The translations under genes were made by a program, and so were the position numbers. From assembly GCA_965112155.1 (NCBI GenBank), contig OZ218110.1: a stretch of DNA of 64,000 nucleotides; one strand, 5' to 3'. Source of the DNA: Podarcis liolepis (Eukaryota). This document shows positions 37,719 through 50,666 of the stretch, one piece after another. Within the stretch, counting starts at the first letter, position 1. The number at the start of each line of letters is the position of its first letter. Below the pieces are notes generated by a model that was not told the origin of the DNA, ran no database searches, and saw only the letters and a list, made by a program, of their open reading frames with translations.

Positions 37719-39329
37719 TTTTGCTGGGTTTGATGGGGAAGGAGATTAAGAAATCAGACCAAAGACTATTCATGTACACCACAGCAGCGGCAAGGAATAT
37801 GCTGGCCCAATATTGGAAATTACAAGAAATTCCTACCATTGCGGAGTGGCAGACGAAAATCATGAATTATGCCAAGTTAGCCAAGCTGAATGGCAGGATT
37901 CGGGATCAGGATGTTCAGAGATTCCAGGATAGTTGGAGTAAAATTGTTGTGCACTTAAAGGATAACTGTAAAAATTTAAAGACACTGGCAGGACTGAAGG
38001 AACTCCTACAATGTATTGAGGCATCTAATCATAGCCTGCATTTTTATCAAGGCTTATAGTTTGATTAGGGTCTGTATTTTAAAATGAGCTTAAAGATTTT
38101 CAAATGTTTTATGCCAGGCAGAAGACCAGCTGCCTAAGTACTTTGGCAAGATGTTTATCCTCCTGGACAAGGGGGCCCCCTGATTTATAGCAGAAAACAA
38201 TTCTCAAAGTCGTAAAAAGGGAATTACAGGCTGAGACCAAGGTTACACTGACCCTACAGAATTAATAGTTGGTAAATAGTAAAATAAAACCATGTGCCTT
38301 AAACTTGAGCCATATCTTCCTAAGGTTAAAGGCCAAGAGTAAATGGAAAAGAAAGCAACTGGCTGAGAAGGGAAGTGTAAATAGAAGAAGAGGCTTTTAT
38401 TTTGAGGCTGTAAACTGTTCCTTCCTTTCCTTTGAGAAGGTTTATTCTTCTAAAAAGCTATCTATGATAATGTATGAAATATACTGGCTTAAATGTAATT
38501 ATGCAAAGGATCTAGAAAGAAATAAATGTTAAATTCTTATTTCATAGAGTCATATTGCTGTAGGAGACCAGAGGGGCAGATGAGCCCAGCCCCCTGCCAG
38601 ACAGGAGACGCCATCAAGCACTCCTGATATATGGTTGTCAGGCCATTGTTTAAAGACCTCCAAAAAGGAGATCTTTCATTGATGATGCATGAGAATGTGA
38701 ACCCAAGATCCCTGACATCTGTCTAAGATAAAAATTTAAAACTATTAACCATCTGTTTTGGAGGGCAATAGGGCAAGGAGGGCAAGAGGTGAGCTGGTAA
38801 TTAAGGTTCCTTGTTGAGACAAATGTAAGATATATGACTACTTATTTGTCATTTATAGATAGAAGAATATATAGCCTTTTGTATCCCATAAAAGGCAATA
38901 GGAAATGGGTGTATCTTTTAGGATTGGTTATAGCAATCAGCCAATAGGAAATTCAACCAGGCTGATTGGACAGAGGCAGCCAAAGGAGGAGCAACGGGGC
39001 TGGACTGAGGGAATATAAGTGCTGGCCATAATGACAGGAGACCAGGCCAGAGCTTGGTAACCATATACCACTGTGCCTCTCATTTATTTGTCTGACAAAT
39101 AAATTATTATTTTAATTTCTCTATTGCTGCGTTGAATATTTCATTCCAGCTAAGCGTTAACCACAAGCAGGGTGCTACAGTATAAGATAGATATAAGGTC
39201 AACAAACTATAATACGTGACTGGAGAGAACAAGGGATACCTGCTTGGCAAGCTTGGCAAAGCTAAAAATGTATATGTGGGCTAAAGAAATGTAAAATGAA
39301 TTTGAAAAGAAAATAATAAAACATTATTG
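37719..39329 (+). mobile_element. L1 3' fragment (paralogue of 15072-15530), split by a solo LTR
   Basis: Same sequence as 15072-15530, interrupted at 38017-39179. Confidence 0.75.
38017..39179 (+). mobile_element. Solo LTR (1163 bp; ERV1- or Gypsy-type by its 4-bp TSD)
   Basis: TG...CA ends (TGAGGCA/TGCTACA). TSD GTAT at 38013-38016 and 39180-39183. CCAAT boxes ~38940-38968, TATAA ~39014, AATAAA ~39098. Empty site at ~15365. Confidence 0.9.
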
Positions 39330-40434
39330 ATGAAGAAATGAAATGTCCATGGAATGCGCTCTATTAAAGGCTTTAAATAAAAATATACAGGAATAGCATA
39401 TGTATAAGAATCCTGTCTTAATGTAGAATAGTAGAGCTCATGACATAACATTCTCATAGCTCCTTGTTCTTGTTCTTCTCACAGCATGGGGAATCCTGTC
39501 TCTGTAAGATGTGAATGAGAAATACAAAAGCTTTGTTTACATTGGGCGGAGTGTTATATGGGTGCATATGCATATTCAGAAACATTCCCTGTTTGCATGT
39601 CAAGGCATCCTCCCTACACTTTGGTCCTCGCCTATACCAAAATTAAGATACACAACAACGAATACTTGGGTGAAATCAGGCGACAACTTTATTGACAACA
39701 AAAGTTTGGCATAGGTATTTTGTATACCACCCCTTCCTGCAAAAAGAACTTGTGTTTTGGGGAAAACAAGAAATGAGGGCGTCCCTGACCTACATCAAGG
39801 GGTATCTCCCCCACTGGATTGCACCTGGGGAATGTTGTGGCCCCTCACCCCTGCCTGGGCATCCGGACAGAAGCATCTCCCCATGATCCCTTTAACAGGA
39901 TACTCCGTTTCGAAGGCAGGGGCCACAACTGCCCCTCAAAGCAAGACTATACCTATCCAATGCCCAAACTGTCAAAGTTGTGACAATTACAATGAGCAGG
40001 GCAAAAATCAGAGGGCTAAGTGAGAAAATTTCAACCTGGCCCCAAATTCGGTGGAGCAGAGCAACATGCAATAGTAATATGCAAAGTGGGTGGGTGGAGA
40101 TCTAATGAAAAGTGGCTGCAGAACAAGCCACAGGTCTGTATTATATACTGGAGGAACGAGCTTTAACTTGGTTGCCCATGTTTGCTCCCGATTCACTGAT
40201 TAGGCAAGTGGACAGGGCAAATTACTCAAGCAACAAGTTTGGCCAGAGCCTTCCTCTACTGCCTGGGAATCCCAAGTCAGATCCTGGCACACAGGGGAAT
40301 GCCAGCCCACAATAGCGCCTACCCAAGAGGGCGAACACACTTCTGACGATATCCTCTCTCCCCAATGGAAATTTGGTTTCAAATAAGCTCTTTAGTGTAG
40401 CCAATAGAACAAGTTGTGGTGTGTAGCTGGTTGT

Positions 40435-40476
<42 letters not shown>

Positions 40477-41191
40477 TACTGCCCATTATAGAATGTTTGG
40501 TGGCCCTTAGTGTAAATGAAAAAGAGAACTGAGTCACATTTTAAAAATAAATATTTGTAGATCTGATCCGGAACCTGAGATCATAATTTGAGGCCGTTTT
40601 TTTCATGTTCCTCCTTCATGATGTCTGGAGGGTGGCAAAATGAGAAGGAGCCATTTCTGAAATGGATCCCTGTTTGTGGAATGCTCTCCCCTGTGAGGCT
40701 CTCCTGGAACCATCATTACACATCTGTAGGCACCAGGCAAAACATTTCCTCTATAACCAGGCCTTTGGCCTTTAACTATTTTTGGTCTCTTAGAAATGGA
40801 TGAGGTGTTTTTAATGGATTTCTCTTTACTCTTGGTTATATTGTATCTATGTGGGGTTTGTTGTCTCTTGGATTGTAAGTCTCATTGGATTGCCATGGGT
40901 AAGAAAAAGCAACTGAGAAATTCATAATAATAGCACTAATAAATCATTATAGTTTCCCTAGCAAAATTCCCAGGTATACAGCTGCATGACTAGCTAGCTG
41001 TCTGTGTGTGAATGGGGACCTGGAAAAAGAAGGTGGCAGACTATGGGACAAAATTATCTTAACAGGTTTCTTTGATCACTGGCAGCTGATATAATATCCC
41101 TATTTTCATGTGGAATCTTGCAGAGAATGCAACTCTGTTTTGATTAAAGGAGAGTTTTTGTCTGGCTTCAGATTCACTTCCTCTCACTGTG

Positions 41192-41632
41192 TATCTTGCA
41201 CAGTAATACACAGCAGTGTCCTCGGGTTTAAGGCTGTTCATTTGCAGATAGAGGAGGCCGTTGGAATTGTCCCTGGAGAGGGTGAATCTTCCCTTCACTT
41301 TATCCATGTAGTACATTGCACCTGAATTGTGGCTTATGTAGGCCACCCATTCCAGGCCCTTCCCTGGAACCTGCCTCACCCAGTTCATGCCATAGCCCCC
41401 AAAGTTAAACCCAGAGGCTCGACAGGAGAGGCGGAGGAACTCCCCGGGCCTTTTCACATCTCCTCCAGACTCCACCAGCTGGACCTCTGATTGGACACCT
41501 AGAAAGAAAGGCATTTTAAGAAGTCTGCTGCATGTTAACAACACCCAGAATGTACCAACCTTTGATAACTGGTATGAGAAATTTACCTCCTAAAGCTACT
41601 GAAAAGAAAACAAGCTGAAGCAAAGCTATCAT
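41192..41632 (-). CDS. IGHV: IGHV segment VH13 (paralogue of VH5), open
   Basis: Leader 41587-41632, V exon 41192-41498. Heptamer 41185-41191, nonamer ACAAAAACT 41153-41161. ATGTAAAT 41736-41743. Confidence 0.96.
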
Positions 41633-43978
41633 TTTTGCCTGCCTGATGCTTTGAGAGATTTGACCAAAATGTGGCCCCTAGTATGCAGGGATAGGGAGAG
41701 TGTTTGACTGCTTTAAAGAGGAAGCTCTCTCTGAAATTTACATAACCAGGAGGATAAAAGTACCAACAAAGACATCTGACAATGTCTGACTGGAAGCAAA
41801 TGGTGACCTGGCAAAAATATACTGCACAATTTGCATAGCTCTTAACCTTGATGGGCTTATGTATCCCCCTCATGCAGTGGTGTAGCGTGGGGGGTGCAGG
41901 GGGGGCCGGCCGCACCGGACGCAACATCTGGGGGTTAGGGTTAGGGGGCGCAAATCCACGGGTTAGGGGGGCGCAAATCCATGGGCTAGGGGGCGCAACT
42001 CTGGTGAGACTTGGCAAATTAATATGAATATAAAGCCACTCCCGACATAAGGGGGGGGGTTGCGGGCTCACGCCCACCATCATCTGGGGAATCCTCAGGC
42101 CGCGTCATCCCCTGGGCCAGCAAATCGGCAGGCTGCAGGGGTGGGGCTAGGGTCACTTAAGGACGGCGCGGCCCGAGATCGCCCCTTTTCCTTCCCTGTT
42201 CCAGCTGCGGTTTCCCACCCACCCACCCTCTAGGTCTTCCCTCGGACTTTGCTATGGAACTCGGTTGGTCGCCGCAAAGGGCCTGGTAGGAGTTTTTCCA
42301 CTCGGCAAATTGGCATTGATTTAAAGCCATTTGGTTTTTTCGCCTACCGCGTAGCAAAACATCACAACACATTCAGTTTTGGCGGTTAGGCATTGGTAGG
42401 GGTATTATTATGCAGATGAGTAGGGGGGGGAGGAGCGCCATCACCTTCTCCAAATATTCAAGGGTAGTCTGATAAAGGATTCTGGGGGGGCGTTGCCTCG
42501 TCTGAAACCTATGGAGGCTAGGGCCCAAAGCACGCTCCCGAGCGATGACCCCTCGGGGAGCGCCTAGGGATGTGCATCTCAGGGGCTCCCCCTGTTGGTG
42601 TTAACCCTTTCTGGTTCTATGCCGGATAGTCTGATAGGACCAACGCCTAAAGCCAATACCGCTCTTACCTGTAACCAATAAAGTTGTGGCCATTTTTCGC
42701 CCATTAACCTAAAATTCTACTGTCCTGTGTCTTTATTTACTCTAACTGGGGGGGGGGGGGATGTGTGACTTGGCAAATACAAATACCTACATGAATCAGG
42801 AAATTTACTTGCATCAGTCAAGCGTTATCAAGCGTTGGCAAGCAGTCCTTTTTTATTCTTGACAGAAACAAGCAAAACAGAGGCATCAGTAGAGGAGATC
42901 TGACTATTGTCTGACTGGACCGCACCTCCTTCCATTGGCATTTTCTGTTCTTGACAGCATCACTTCCCTCTTGTGGGGAACAGGAAGAGGTGGGATATAA
43001 TTCCAGGAGTCTTGGTTTCTGACAAGATGCTTAATTTGCAAAATGGCATTTGACATAGATTTGCGGGTATACTGTCTAGTGACATGGGGAAGAGCAAAGC
43101 AGCACCAAACATGTAGTTGCACCAAATACACATTTCAAGTATTAGATCTTGATTTTTAAAATTATTATTCTTTCAGTTAATTCTTCTCTTAACATACCAC
43201 AGAATACACCATTGCTGAACAGAACTGCCAAACCATAGGTTTTCCATATCTGATTATTTTCCTCACCACAATGGAGAGGTAGGTGTTGGGGAATAAGTGT
43301 TATATATGCACATAAACACAATTCCCATGGAATTTATAATATTTATTTCCAGCATTTTATTCTAGCTTTTCCCTCGAATTCAAGGTGCTATACATTATAT
43401 CGCCCTCCTCATATATTTCCCATTATACCCCAGTAAGGTAGGTCAGACTGAGAGGCTGAGACTGACCCAAGGTCATCTAGTGAGCTTCATGCACAAGTAG
43501 GTATTTGAACCCGGGTTTCCCATGTCCTATGTGCTGCAGAGGTTTCAGCCCATGCCAAGAGGTGATGGGATGATGAAGAAATACACAATGGCCAATTCAC
43601 AATATTGTAAAAAGTCTACATTTCTTCTTGAGGTCTATCGCAAGCAGCCTTAAGCATAACTCAGAGGTAAGAGCAGACAAAACACAAATAATCATCTATT
43701 TTCAAAACTGGATATTGAATTTAGGTGGTAGGAAAAAAATGCTGCAGCAAAGTCATTTGGTACAGTGTTGTACTGATCCACATTGGTCGACCTCCACTGT
43801 GTGTCACTTTTGCGTTTCTGCATTATATTACAGATTGAAGAGGCAGGCAGTTTGGATGTTGTTCCGCATCATCTGTGGAATGTAGAATTGCTCTGTCACA
43901 GTTTTCACAGTGTATTTTTTTTATAGAAGCAGGACTTCTACTTTTTGAACAGGGCCCAATAGGCTTTGTCTCACTGTG

Positions 43979-44426
43979 TCTCTTCGGGCACAGAAATACA
44001 CAGCAGAGTCTGCAGCTGTCAGGGAGTACAGCTGGAGAGAGAATTCATTCTTTGAGGCATCTGAAGAAATGCTTGCTCGGCTCTTCAGAGAAGGGGCATA
44101 TGCTGTGTTTCCATTATAGGGGTATATCTCTGCAATCCATTCCAGACCTTTCCCAGGAGCTTGACGGATCCAATCCCATACATAATACTGAGTAGAGATG
44201 GAGAAACCTGTGACTTTACAAAGTAGGTTGAGATTCTCTCCTGGTCTCGCTATTCCTGGTCCAGATGATACAAGCTGAATGTCTGAGGAGACCCCTTGGA
44301 AAGACAAAAGAGGGCAATGAATGATTGGACATCATCCAATCACCACATGAAGTAAATTAATACTGTAAAACTTCCCGTACCTTTAGAAAAAGCCACCAAA
44401 GAAAACAAGAGCAACAAGAACTCCAT
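43979..44426 (-). CDS. IGHV: IGHV segment VH14 (family 2), open; CDR1 [13 protein letters not shown]2 IYPYNGNT
   Basis: Leader 44381-44426, V exon 43979-44294. Heptamer 43972-43978, nonamer TCAAAAAGT 43940-43948. ATGTAAAT 44545-44552. Confidence 0.95.
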
Positions 44427-44828
44427 AATGTTGATGAATGAATGTGCTAGAGATACAGGAAAGAGGGGACTCTGGGCTGGGAAGCAAGTGAAGATTTTTT
44501 ATTCAGGGCTTTTCATCCGAAACCACTCCCAACTTCCTGGTGGTATTTACATGAGACCTCCCCAGTGAGGCACATGAGGCAAATAAAAGCCATTTGGGAG
44601 ATCAGGGTTTGCTGCTGCTTTCCTCTTTGTCCCATGCACACACACACACACAGACAAATGCACACAGAGTGGAGTTCTAATGCAGGGGGCATAAACGGAA
44701 TGTAAAATTCAATCGAAGACATTTGTGTTGGAGGAAGGTTTCGAAGAAATAAATATACTGGGGATGATTTTTTCTTTCTTTTATGCTTTAAAACTGTTCG
44801 TTGTGGTGGATCAGTCAATAGACTGGCT

Positions 44829-44860
<32 letters not shown>

Positions 44861-45606
44861 ATCCTCCCTTCCACATGCACCTATAGAGATGCCTCTGGTG
44901 TGACACAACTATAATTTCAAATGCAGCTTGTGAAAAAGTTGGGCTGGGATGGAGCTCTGCTGTGGCAACCTGGAGAAGATGAATTTTAAGTAAATAAAAG
45001 AAAATGTAAGATATGTGTTCCATCTTTATATTCACACCCCAGGGCACCCTTCATAGACAATGGAAAGAGACAAAGTTGAGCCAATTCCTTCCACCCCTCT
45101 CCCTTTTGTTTGGTGAGGGGTTGACTGACAAGAAGTCGTAAGCACACAAAGGTTGTGGTTCAGGATATAGCAGGAGTGTGGAGGTTGTCTGGGTGAATTA
45201 AGAAGGAGTCGTCCTCACCAGCATTTGCCTTTGGGCAGGGGTGGGGAAACTCATCGAAATGTTTTGGTACTCCAACGCCTTTCATCCTAGGGGTAGCCAT
45301 TTTGAAGTTCGAGAGATGGTAATGATTTTATTATAGTTATATATCACTTTTCATCATAAAACCTCAGGATGGTTCACAAGATTAAAATACAACTTAAAAT
45401 GAAAAATGTTCTTCCTCTTCTCAAAGCACGGGGAATCCTGTCTTTGTAATAGGCAAATGAGAAATATAAAAGCTGTGTTTACATGGGGGTGTCACTAAAC
45501 ATGGTGCTCATGACTGCATATATATGCATGTTCAGAAACATTTCCTATTTACATGTCAAGGCATCCTCTTTGGTCCTCTTTGAGCAGTAAGAAGACCCTA
45601 ACTTAA

Positions 45607-45661
<55 letters not shown>

Positions 45662-45664
45662 TAA
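45607..45664. repeat. (AAT)n microsatellite; the paralogous site ~24980-25042 carries (AAC/ATC)n
   Basis: Direct reading. Confidence 0.93.
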
Positions 45665-45909
45665 TGAACAGTGAGCATCCTGTGTGTTATATAATTCATG
45701 TAAAAGAGGGATAGAAGCAAGAATCAAACCACAAGATGCTGCTTGATGCCATGTAAAATCCTGACCTTAAATATGTCTTTGGTCTCAGAGACTTAAATAA
45801 CAAACAGGTGAGAGATTGCTGGCATGCTAAAGGGCACAAATATCTCAGAGAGCGTCTGTGGGCAAAGGAGGGTTTTTGCTTGGCTGCAGATTCACTTCCT
45901 CTCACTGTG

Positions 45910-46351
45910 TCTCTTGCACAGTAATACACAGCCGTGTCCTCTGGTTTCAGGTTGTTCATTTGTAGATAGAGGAGGCTGTTGGAATTGTCCCTGGAGATAG
46001 TGAACCGTCCCTTGACTTTATCCGAGTAGCGTTTGGCAGATGAATCTGTATTTATATCTCCCACCCAATCCAGGCCCTTTCCAGGAGCCTGCCTCACCCA
46101 CGCCATGTAGTAGCTGCTGAAGGTGAACCCAGAGGCTTGACAGGAGAGGTGGAGGGACTCCCCAGGTCTCTTGACATCCCCTCCAGACTCAACCAGCAGG
46201 ACTGCAGATTGGGCACCTAGAAAGAAAGGCATTTTAGCATAACTGCTGCATCTTATTACACTCAGAGTGTCCCGTGCTTCTGGATTTGAGAACGGATGAA
46301 TTTACCTCCAAGAGCTGCAGAAAATAAAACAAGTTGTAGCAAAAGTATCAT
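45910..46351 (-). CDS. IGHV: IGHV segment VH15 (paralogue of VH8), open; CDR1 [11 protein letters not shown]2 INTDSSAK
   Basis: Leader 46306-46351, V exon 45910-46216. Heptamer 45903-45909, nonamer GCAAAAACC 45871-45879. ATGCAAAT 46462-46469. Confidence 0.96.
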
Positions 46352-47249
46352 CTTCCTTATCTAATGCTAGAGAGCTGAATGAAAAGTGGCCTCAGGTATT
46401 CAGGGTCACTGGTGCTGGGAGGAGGTCTGACCATCCTAAATAGGTGTCTCTCTCTCTGAAAATTTGCATACCCAGCTGGAGAAAAGCAGCAACAGAGACT
46501 TCAGGTAGTCTCTGACTGTAGGCATATCTAGTCTTTGTAAAAGTCTGCTTCCTCGTTAACGTAAAACTTCCGTACTTCTTAACAAGGGTGGAAATACATA
46601 TCTTTCTAAGGATAAAATGAATACACAAACATTTGAGGGGGGAACGAGTTCCCTTGAACATGCCATGTACTCCCGGTGAACAATTTCTTGACATTGTTGC
46701 AGGGAGGAATTGTGCCGGAATGGCACGTTCAAGTGTAGCAGCAGAAGGAAAAGCTTAGATTAACCATTAAGCAAAAATATTCTTTGTAATTTTTTTTATA
46801 GGTATCCTGACTTGAAGTAAAGAATCAGAGCAAAAGACAAGGCCCTCTCATGGTCTCTTGTTTCTGGCCTGCCCATGGTTACCTGTTTACACACAGAGCC
46901 ATTCCCTGTGAAGCACAGCTCGCAGCCCCACTTCAGCTGAAATTAGGCTTCAGTAAATAAACACTTTAGCCAACAGAATAGTTGGCTGTGGTGTATGCAG
47001 TTGGTGCTCTTTCAGCAATGGTTTTCACCATGGGGTCTATCGATATACAGCTTATATATGGGTACACTGTCTTATGGTAGAATATTGGAGAAAATGACAA
47101 GGCATTCTCATAGAATCTTGTTGCTGCCCTTCTCATGTTTGAAATAGGAAATAGGAAAGTTGTGTTTACATCAGAGGGTGGCAGTGTGGCAACCTTCCTT
47201 GCTTTCCATATATTCCACTTCCCCCGTTGAAATTAGGCGTGAAGGTAGC

Positions 47250-47359
47250 ACTTGACAATCATATGTCAGGAGTGCTCTGATGGTGTTTCCTGCTTGGCAG
47301 GGGGTTGGACTCGATGGCCCTTGTGGTCTCTTCCAACTCTATGATTCTATGATTCTATG
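47250..47359 (+). mobile_element. Very short CR1 3'-end insertion
   Basis: Matches 4306-4413, including the (ATTCTATG)n tail. Confidence 0.92.
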
Positions 47360-48777
47360 ACTTGATTGTAGCCAAGATAATAGTTTGTGGTGTGTGGTTG
47401 ACTATGGTGTTTCTGTGTGCTGCCCACGAGATATTTTTTTTCTGGGTGGCACATATGTCCATGGGTCCAGAATAGTTGATGACCCCTGGTCTACATGAAC
47501 CGGATGCTTCATTCACATAAATAGCAAACAGAAGTATTTTCATCCCCAAAGGTAAAACTGGGGGCAAACTGTATGCTTTTCAATCAGAACAATCTCCATC
47601 GGTCACACAAGAAAATGTCATATGCCATGCCCATGGGTCAGTCACTATTTATGTTTCTTTTGACGTCTTCAGGCTATAGGGCACCCAGAATCAGACACTA
47701 GCTGATTAGGCCATGAATTCCCCCTTCATGAATTGCTACCCATGGGCTGGCGACATAAGAGAAGATTGTGAGAAAGTCTCTCAGGGAGTCAAATCTCAAG
47801 GGGCTCCTAAAATGTGGCTTCACAATAAATGTCTGAGGAAATGATTAGCCTCGCAGATGAAACCACCAACTGTACTTAAAGCACCAATTTAATTTGGTCA
47901 TGGCCGATGGCATTTTCTGTTCTCGGCACCATGACTGCCCCCTTGGGGAGACGAGAAGGAGGAGGTTGTGGTGGTAGGGAATTCTGATGTCTTGTAGTGT
48001 GACAAGATGGTTAATATGTGATAGGATAGAGATTGATGAATTCTCCTTCAGTGATACCAGAAGATGTGTTCTAAGACTATAATAAGAGAGGGGACAGAAG
48101 CTAGAATTTTACTTTAACTAGGAGGTTTCAGAAATCAGACTCACCTTTGTTGGGGGTTTTAAAGCAGAAATTGTCAGGGATTCTTGCATTTAGCAAAATA
48201 AGTGTTAATTTACCAATCCCAAGTGTTATCTTACCAATCTTAAGCAATAGAGGGCATCTGTGTTTGTTTGGTGTCAAACTCATGCCTGACAATCCTGTTG
48301 CACACCATCCCAATCTCCGAGCAGCAAAATATTCAGGGGTCAGAGGTGGATTCAAGGGAACATGACAAGTTTGGTTGCACTAGACATGGAGTCTTGGGGT
48401 GCCATAACTATGATTTAGTATCAAGCATGAGAGGTGGGGGTTTCAGATTTTGGCATCGCACAGGGTGCTGCTGAAATTTGGGATCCCAAGGTTCAGCACT
48501 GCAGGGTATCCAGTCCTTGGTGTAGATGAACCAGACAGTGGAGTCACACTTTAAAATATGAAGTATTTTTCTCCGCTCAAATATTAGTATAGGCATATAA
48601 TTTGAACTAGGCACTATAGGCATATAAAGGTTGAACTACTAATATTTATTTTTTTAATGTGACTCCGTTCTCTTCTTCATTTACACCAAGAGCCACCAAA
48701 CATTCTGCAATACAACTCCTCTGTCTTGATTAAAGGAGAGTTTCTGTCTGGCTCCAGATTCACTTCCTCTCACTGTG

Positions 48778-49218
48778 CCTCTTGCACAGTAATACACAGC
48801 CGTGTCTTCGGGTTTAAGGCTGTTCATTTGCAGATAGAGGAGGCTGTTGGAATTGTCCCTGGAGACGGTGAATCTTCCCTTCACTTTATCCAAGTAGGAA
48901 ATTGTACCCGAAGTGGAGCTTATGTAGGCCACCCATTCCAGGCCCTTCCCTGGAACCTGTCTCACCCAGTGCATGCCATAGCCCCCAAAGTTGAATCCAG
49001 AGGCTCGACAGGAGAGGCGGAGGTACTCCCCAGGCCTTTTCACTTCTCCTCCAGACTCCACCAGCTGAACCTCTGATTGGACACCTGGAAAGAAAGTCAT
49101 TTTAAGAAGTCTGCTGCATGCTACCAACACCCAGAATGTAACAACCTTCGATAACTGGTATGAGAAATTTACCTCCTAAAGCTGCTGAAAAGAAAATAAG
49201 CTGAAGCAAAGCTATCAT
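48778..49218 (-). CDS. IGHV: IGHV segment VH16 (family 1), open; CDR1 [11 protein letters not shown]2 ISSTSGTI
   Basis: Leader 49173-49218, V exon 48778-49084. Heptamer 48771-48777, nonamer ACAGAAACT 48739-48747. Confidence 0.95.
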
Positions 49219-49320
49219 TTTTGCTTCCTGGTGCTTTGAGATATTTGACCAAAATGTGGTCCTTAGTATGCAGGGATAGGGAGAGTGGTTTGGCTGCTTT
49301 AAAGAGGAAGCTCTCTATGA

Positions 49321-49380
49321 AATTTACATTTACATTAAATTTACATTTAAATTTTCATTTTCATTTACATTTACATTTAC
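49321..49380 (-). promoter_or_regulatory. VH16 octamer site expanded into a (TTTACA)n array with five ATGTAAAT motifs
   Basis: ATTTACAT at 49322, 49328, 49339, 49363 and 49369; the first is at the normal distance from the ATG. Confidence 0.8.
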
Positions 49381-49882
49381 TCTGGTGCCCACCAGAGTGG
49401 GCGAGAACACTTTTCACAGTATCTGCACTCCCCAGTGGAAATTTCAAAGGAGTTCTTTATTGTAGCCAAATAAGAAGCTGTGGTATGTGGCTTGTTGTGG
49501 TGTTTGTGTGTACTGCCCATTGCAGAATGTTTGATGGCCCTTGGTGTAAATGAAGAAGAGAACGGAGTCACATTTTTAAAATAAATATTAATAGATCTGA
49601 TTCGGACTCTGAGATCATCAATGGAGGCCCCTTTTTCATGTTCCTCCTTTACATGATGTCTGGAGGTTGGCAAAAGGAAAAGGAGCCTTTTCTGCAATGG
49701 CTCTCTGTTAGCGGAATGCTCTCCCCAGTGAAGCTCACAGAGAACCATCATTCTACATCTGTAGGCATCAGGCAAAAACTTTCCTCTATAGCCAGGCTTT
49801 TGCACTTTATCTATCCATGGTCTCCTAGAAGGGGGTGAGGTGTTTTAAATGTATTTCTCTTTCCTCTTGGTTTTAACGTATC

Positions 49883-50317
49883 TGTCAGGGAACTGACATC
49901 GGAGCCAGAGGCGGAGGGAAGGCTCCCAAGTGATGCTGGAGAGGGACCCAGCAGGGAGAGAGGCAGCTCATCAGCTGGGGAAGGAAATCAGCGCAACACC
50001 AGGGATAAAGGGGGGCAGATGGGGGAATCAGCGAGAGGGCTCCAGGACTATTCACTGGACACCAGCGGGGAGAGCACGGGTCCTCTGCTACCCACGCCCT
50101 CCCTGCGCAGAAGACTTCCGCGCAGGGAGAGTAGGAGGAGACTTGGCGTCAAACAGCTTTTATGATGGAAAAGGTTTAAGAAACGCCCACTGACGGATTC
50201 TGCTAGCGACTGAGGCAGCCACGAAGTGAAGGGCTGTCCAGACAGGAAAGGTTTAACAAGCCAACTTAGCCAGGAGTGGCGGCAACTTGCGCACGAGCAA
50301 CCCCTATATTCATCACA
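49883..50317. mobile_element. Solo LTR (435 bp, Gypsy-like)
   Basis: TGTCA...TCACA ends. 5-bp TSD GTATC/GCATC. Empty sites at ~17050 and ~9325. Confidence 0.82.
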
Positions 50318-50666
50318 GCATCTATGAGGGGTATTTTGTCTCTTTGGTTGTAAGTCTCATTGGATTACTGTGGGTGAGATAAAGGAACTGGCAAATTCAT
50401 AATAATAACACTAATAAATGATTATAGTTCGCCTAGGGAGAGCCCCAGGTATACAGCTGCATGACTAGTTGGCTGTCTCCGTGTGAATGGGGACCTGGGA
50501 ATTGGAGGTGGCAGACTATTGGTCTAAATTGTCTTAAGAGGTTTCTTTGATCTCTGGCTAATACAATGTCCCAGATTTCATGTGGAATGTTGGAGGGAAT
50601 GCAACTCTTCTGTTATGATCAAAGGAGGGCTTTTGTCTGGCTTCAGATTCACTTCCTATCACTGTG

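Larger units (their letters stand above)
27670..48600. repeat. Tandem segmental duplication, copy B (VH9-VH15)
   Basis: Colinear with copy A, differing by copy-specific insertions and deletions. Confidence 0.9.
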
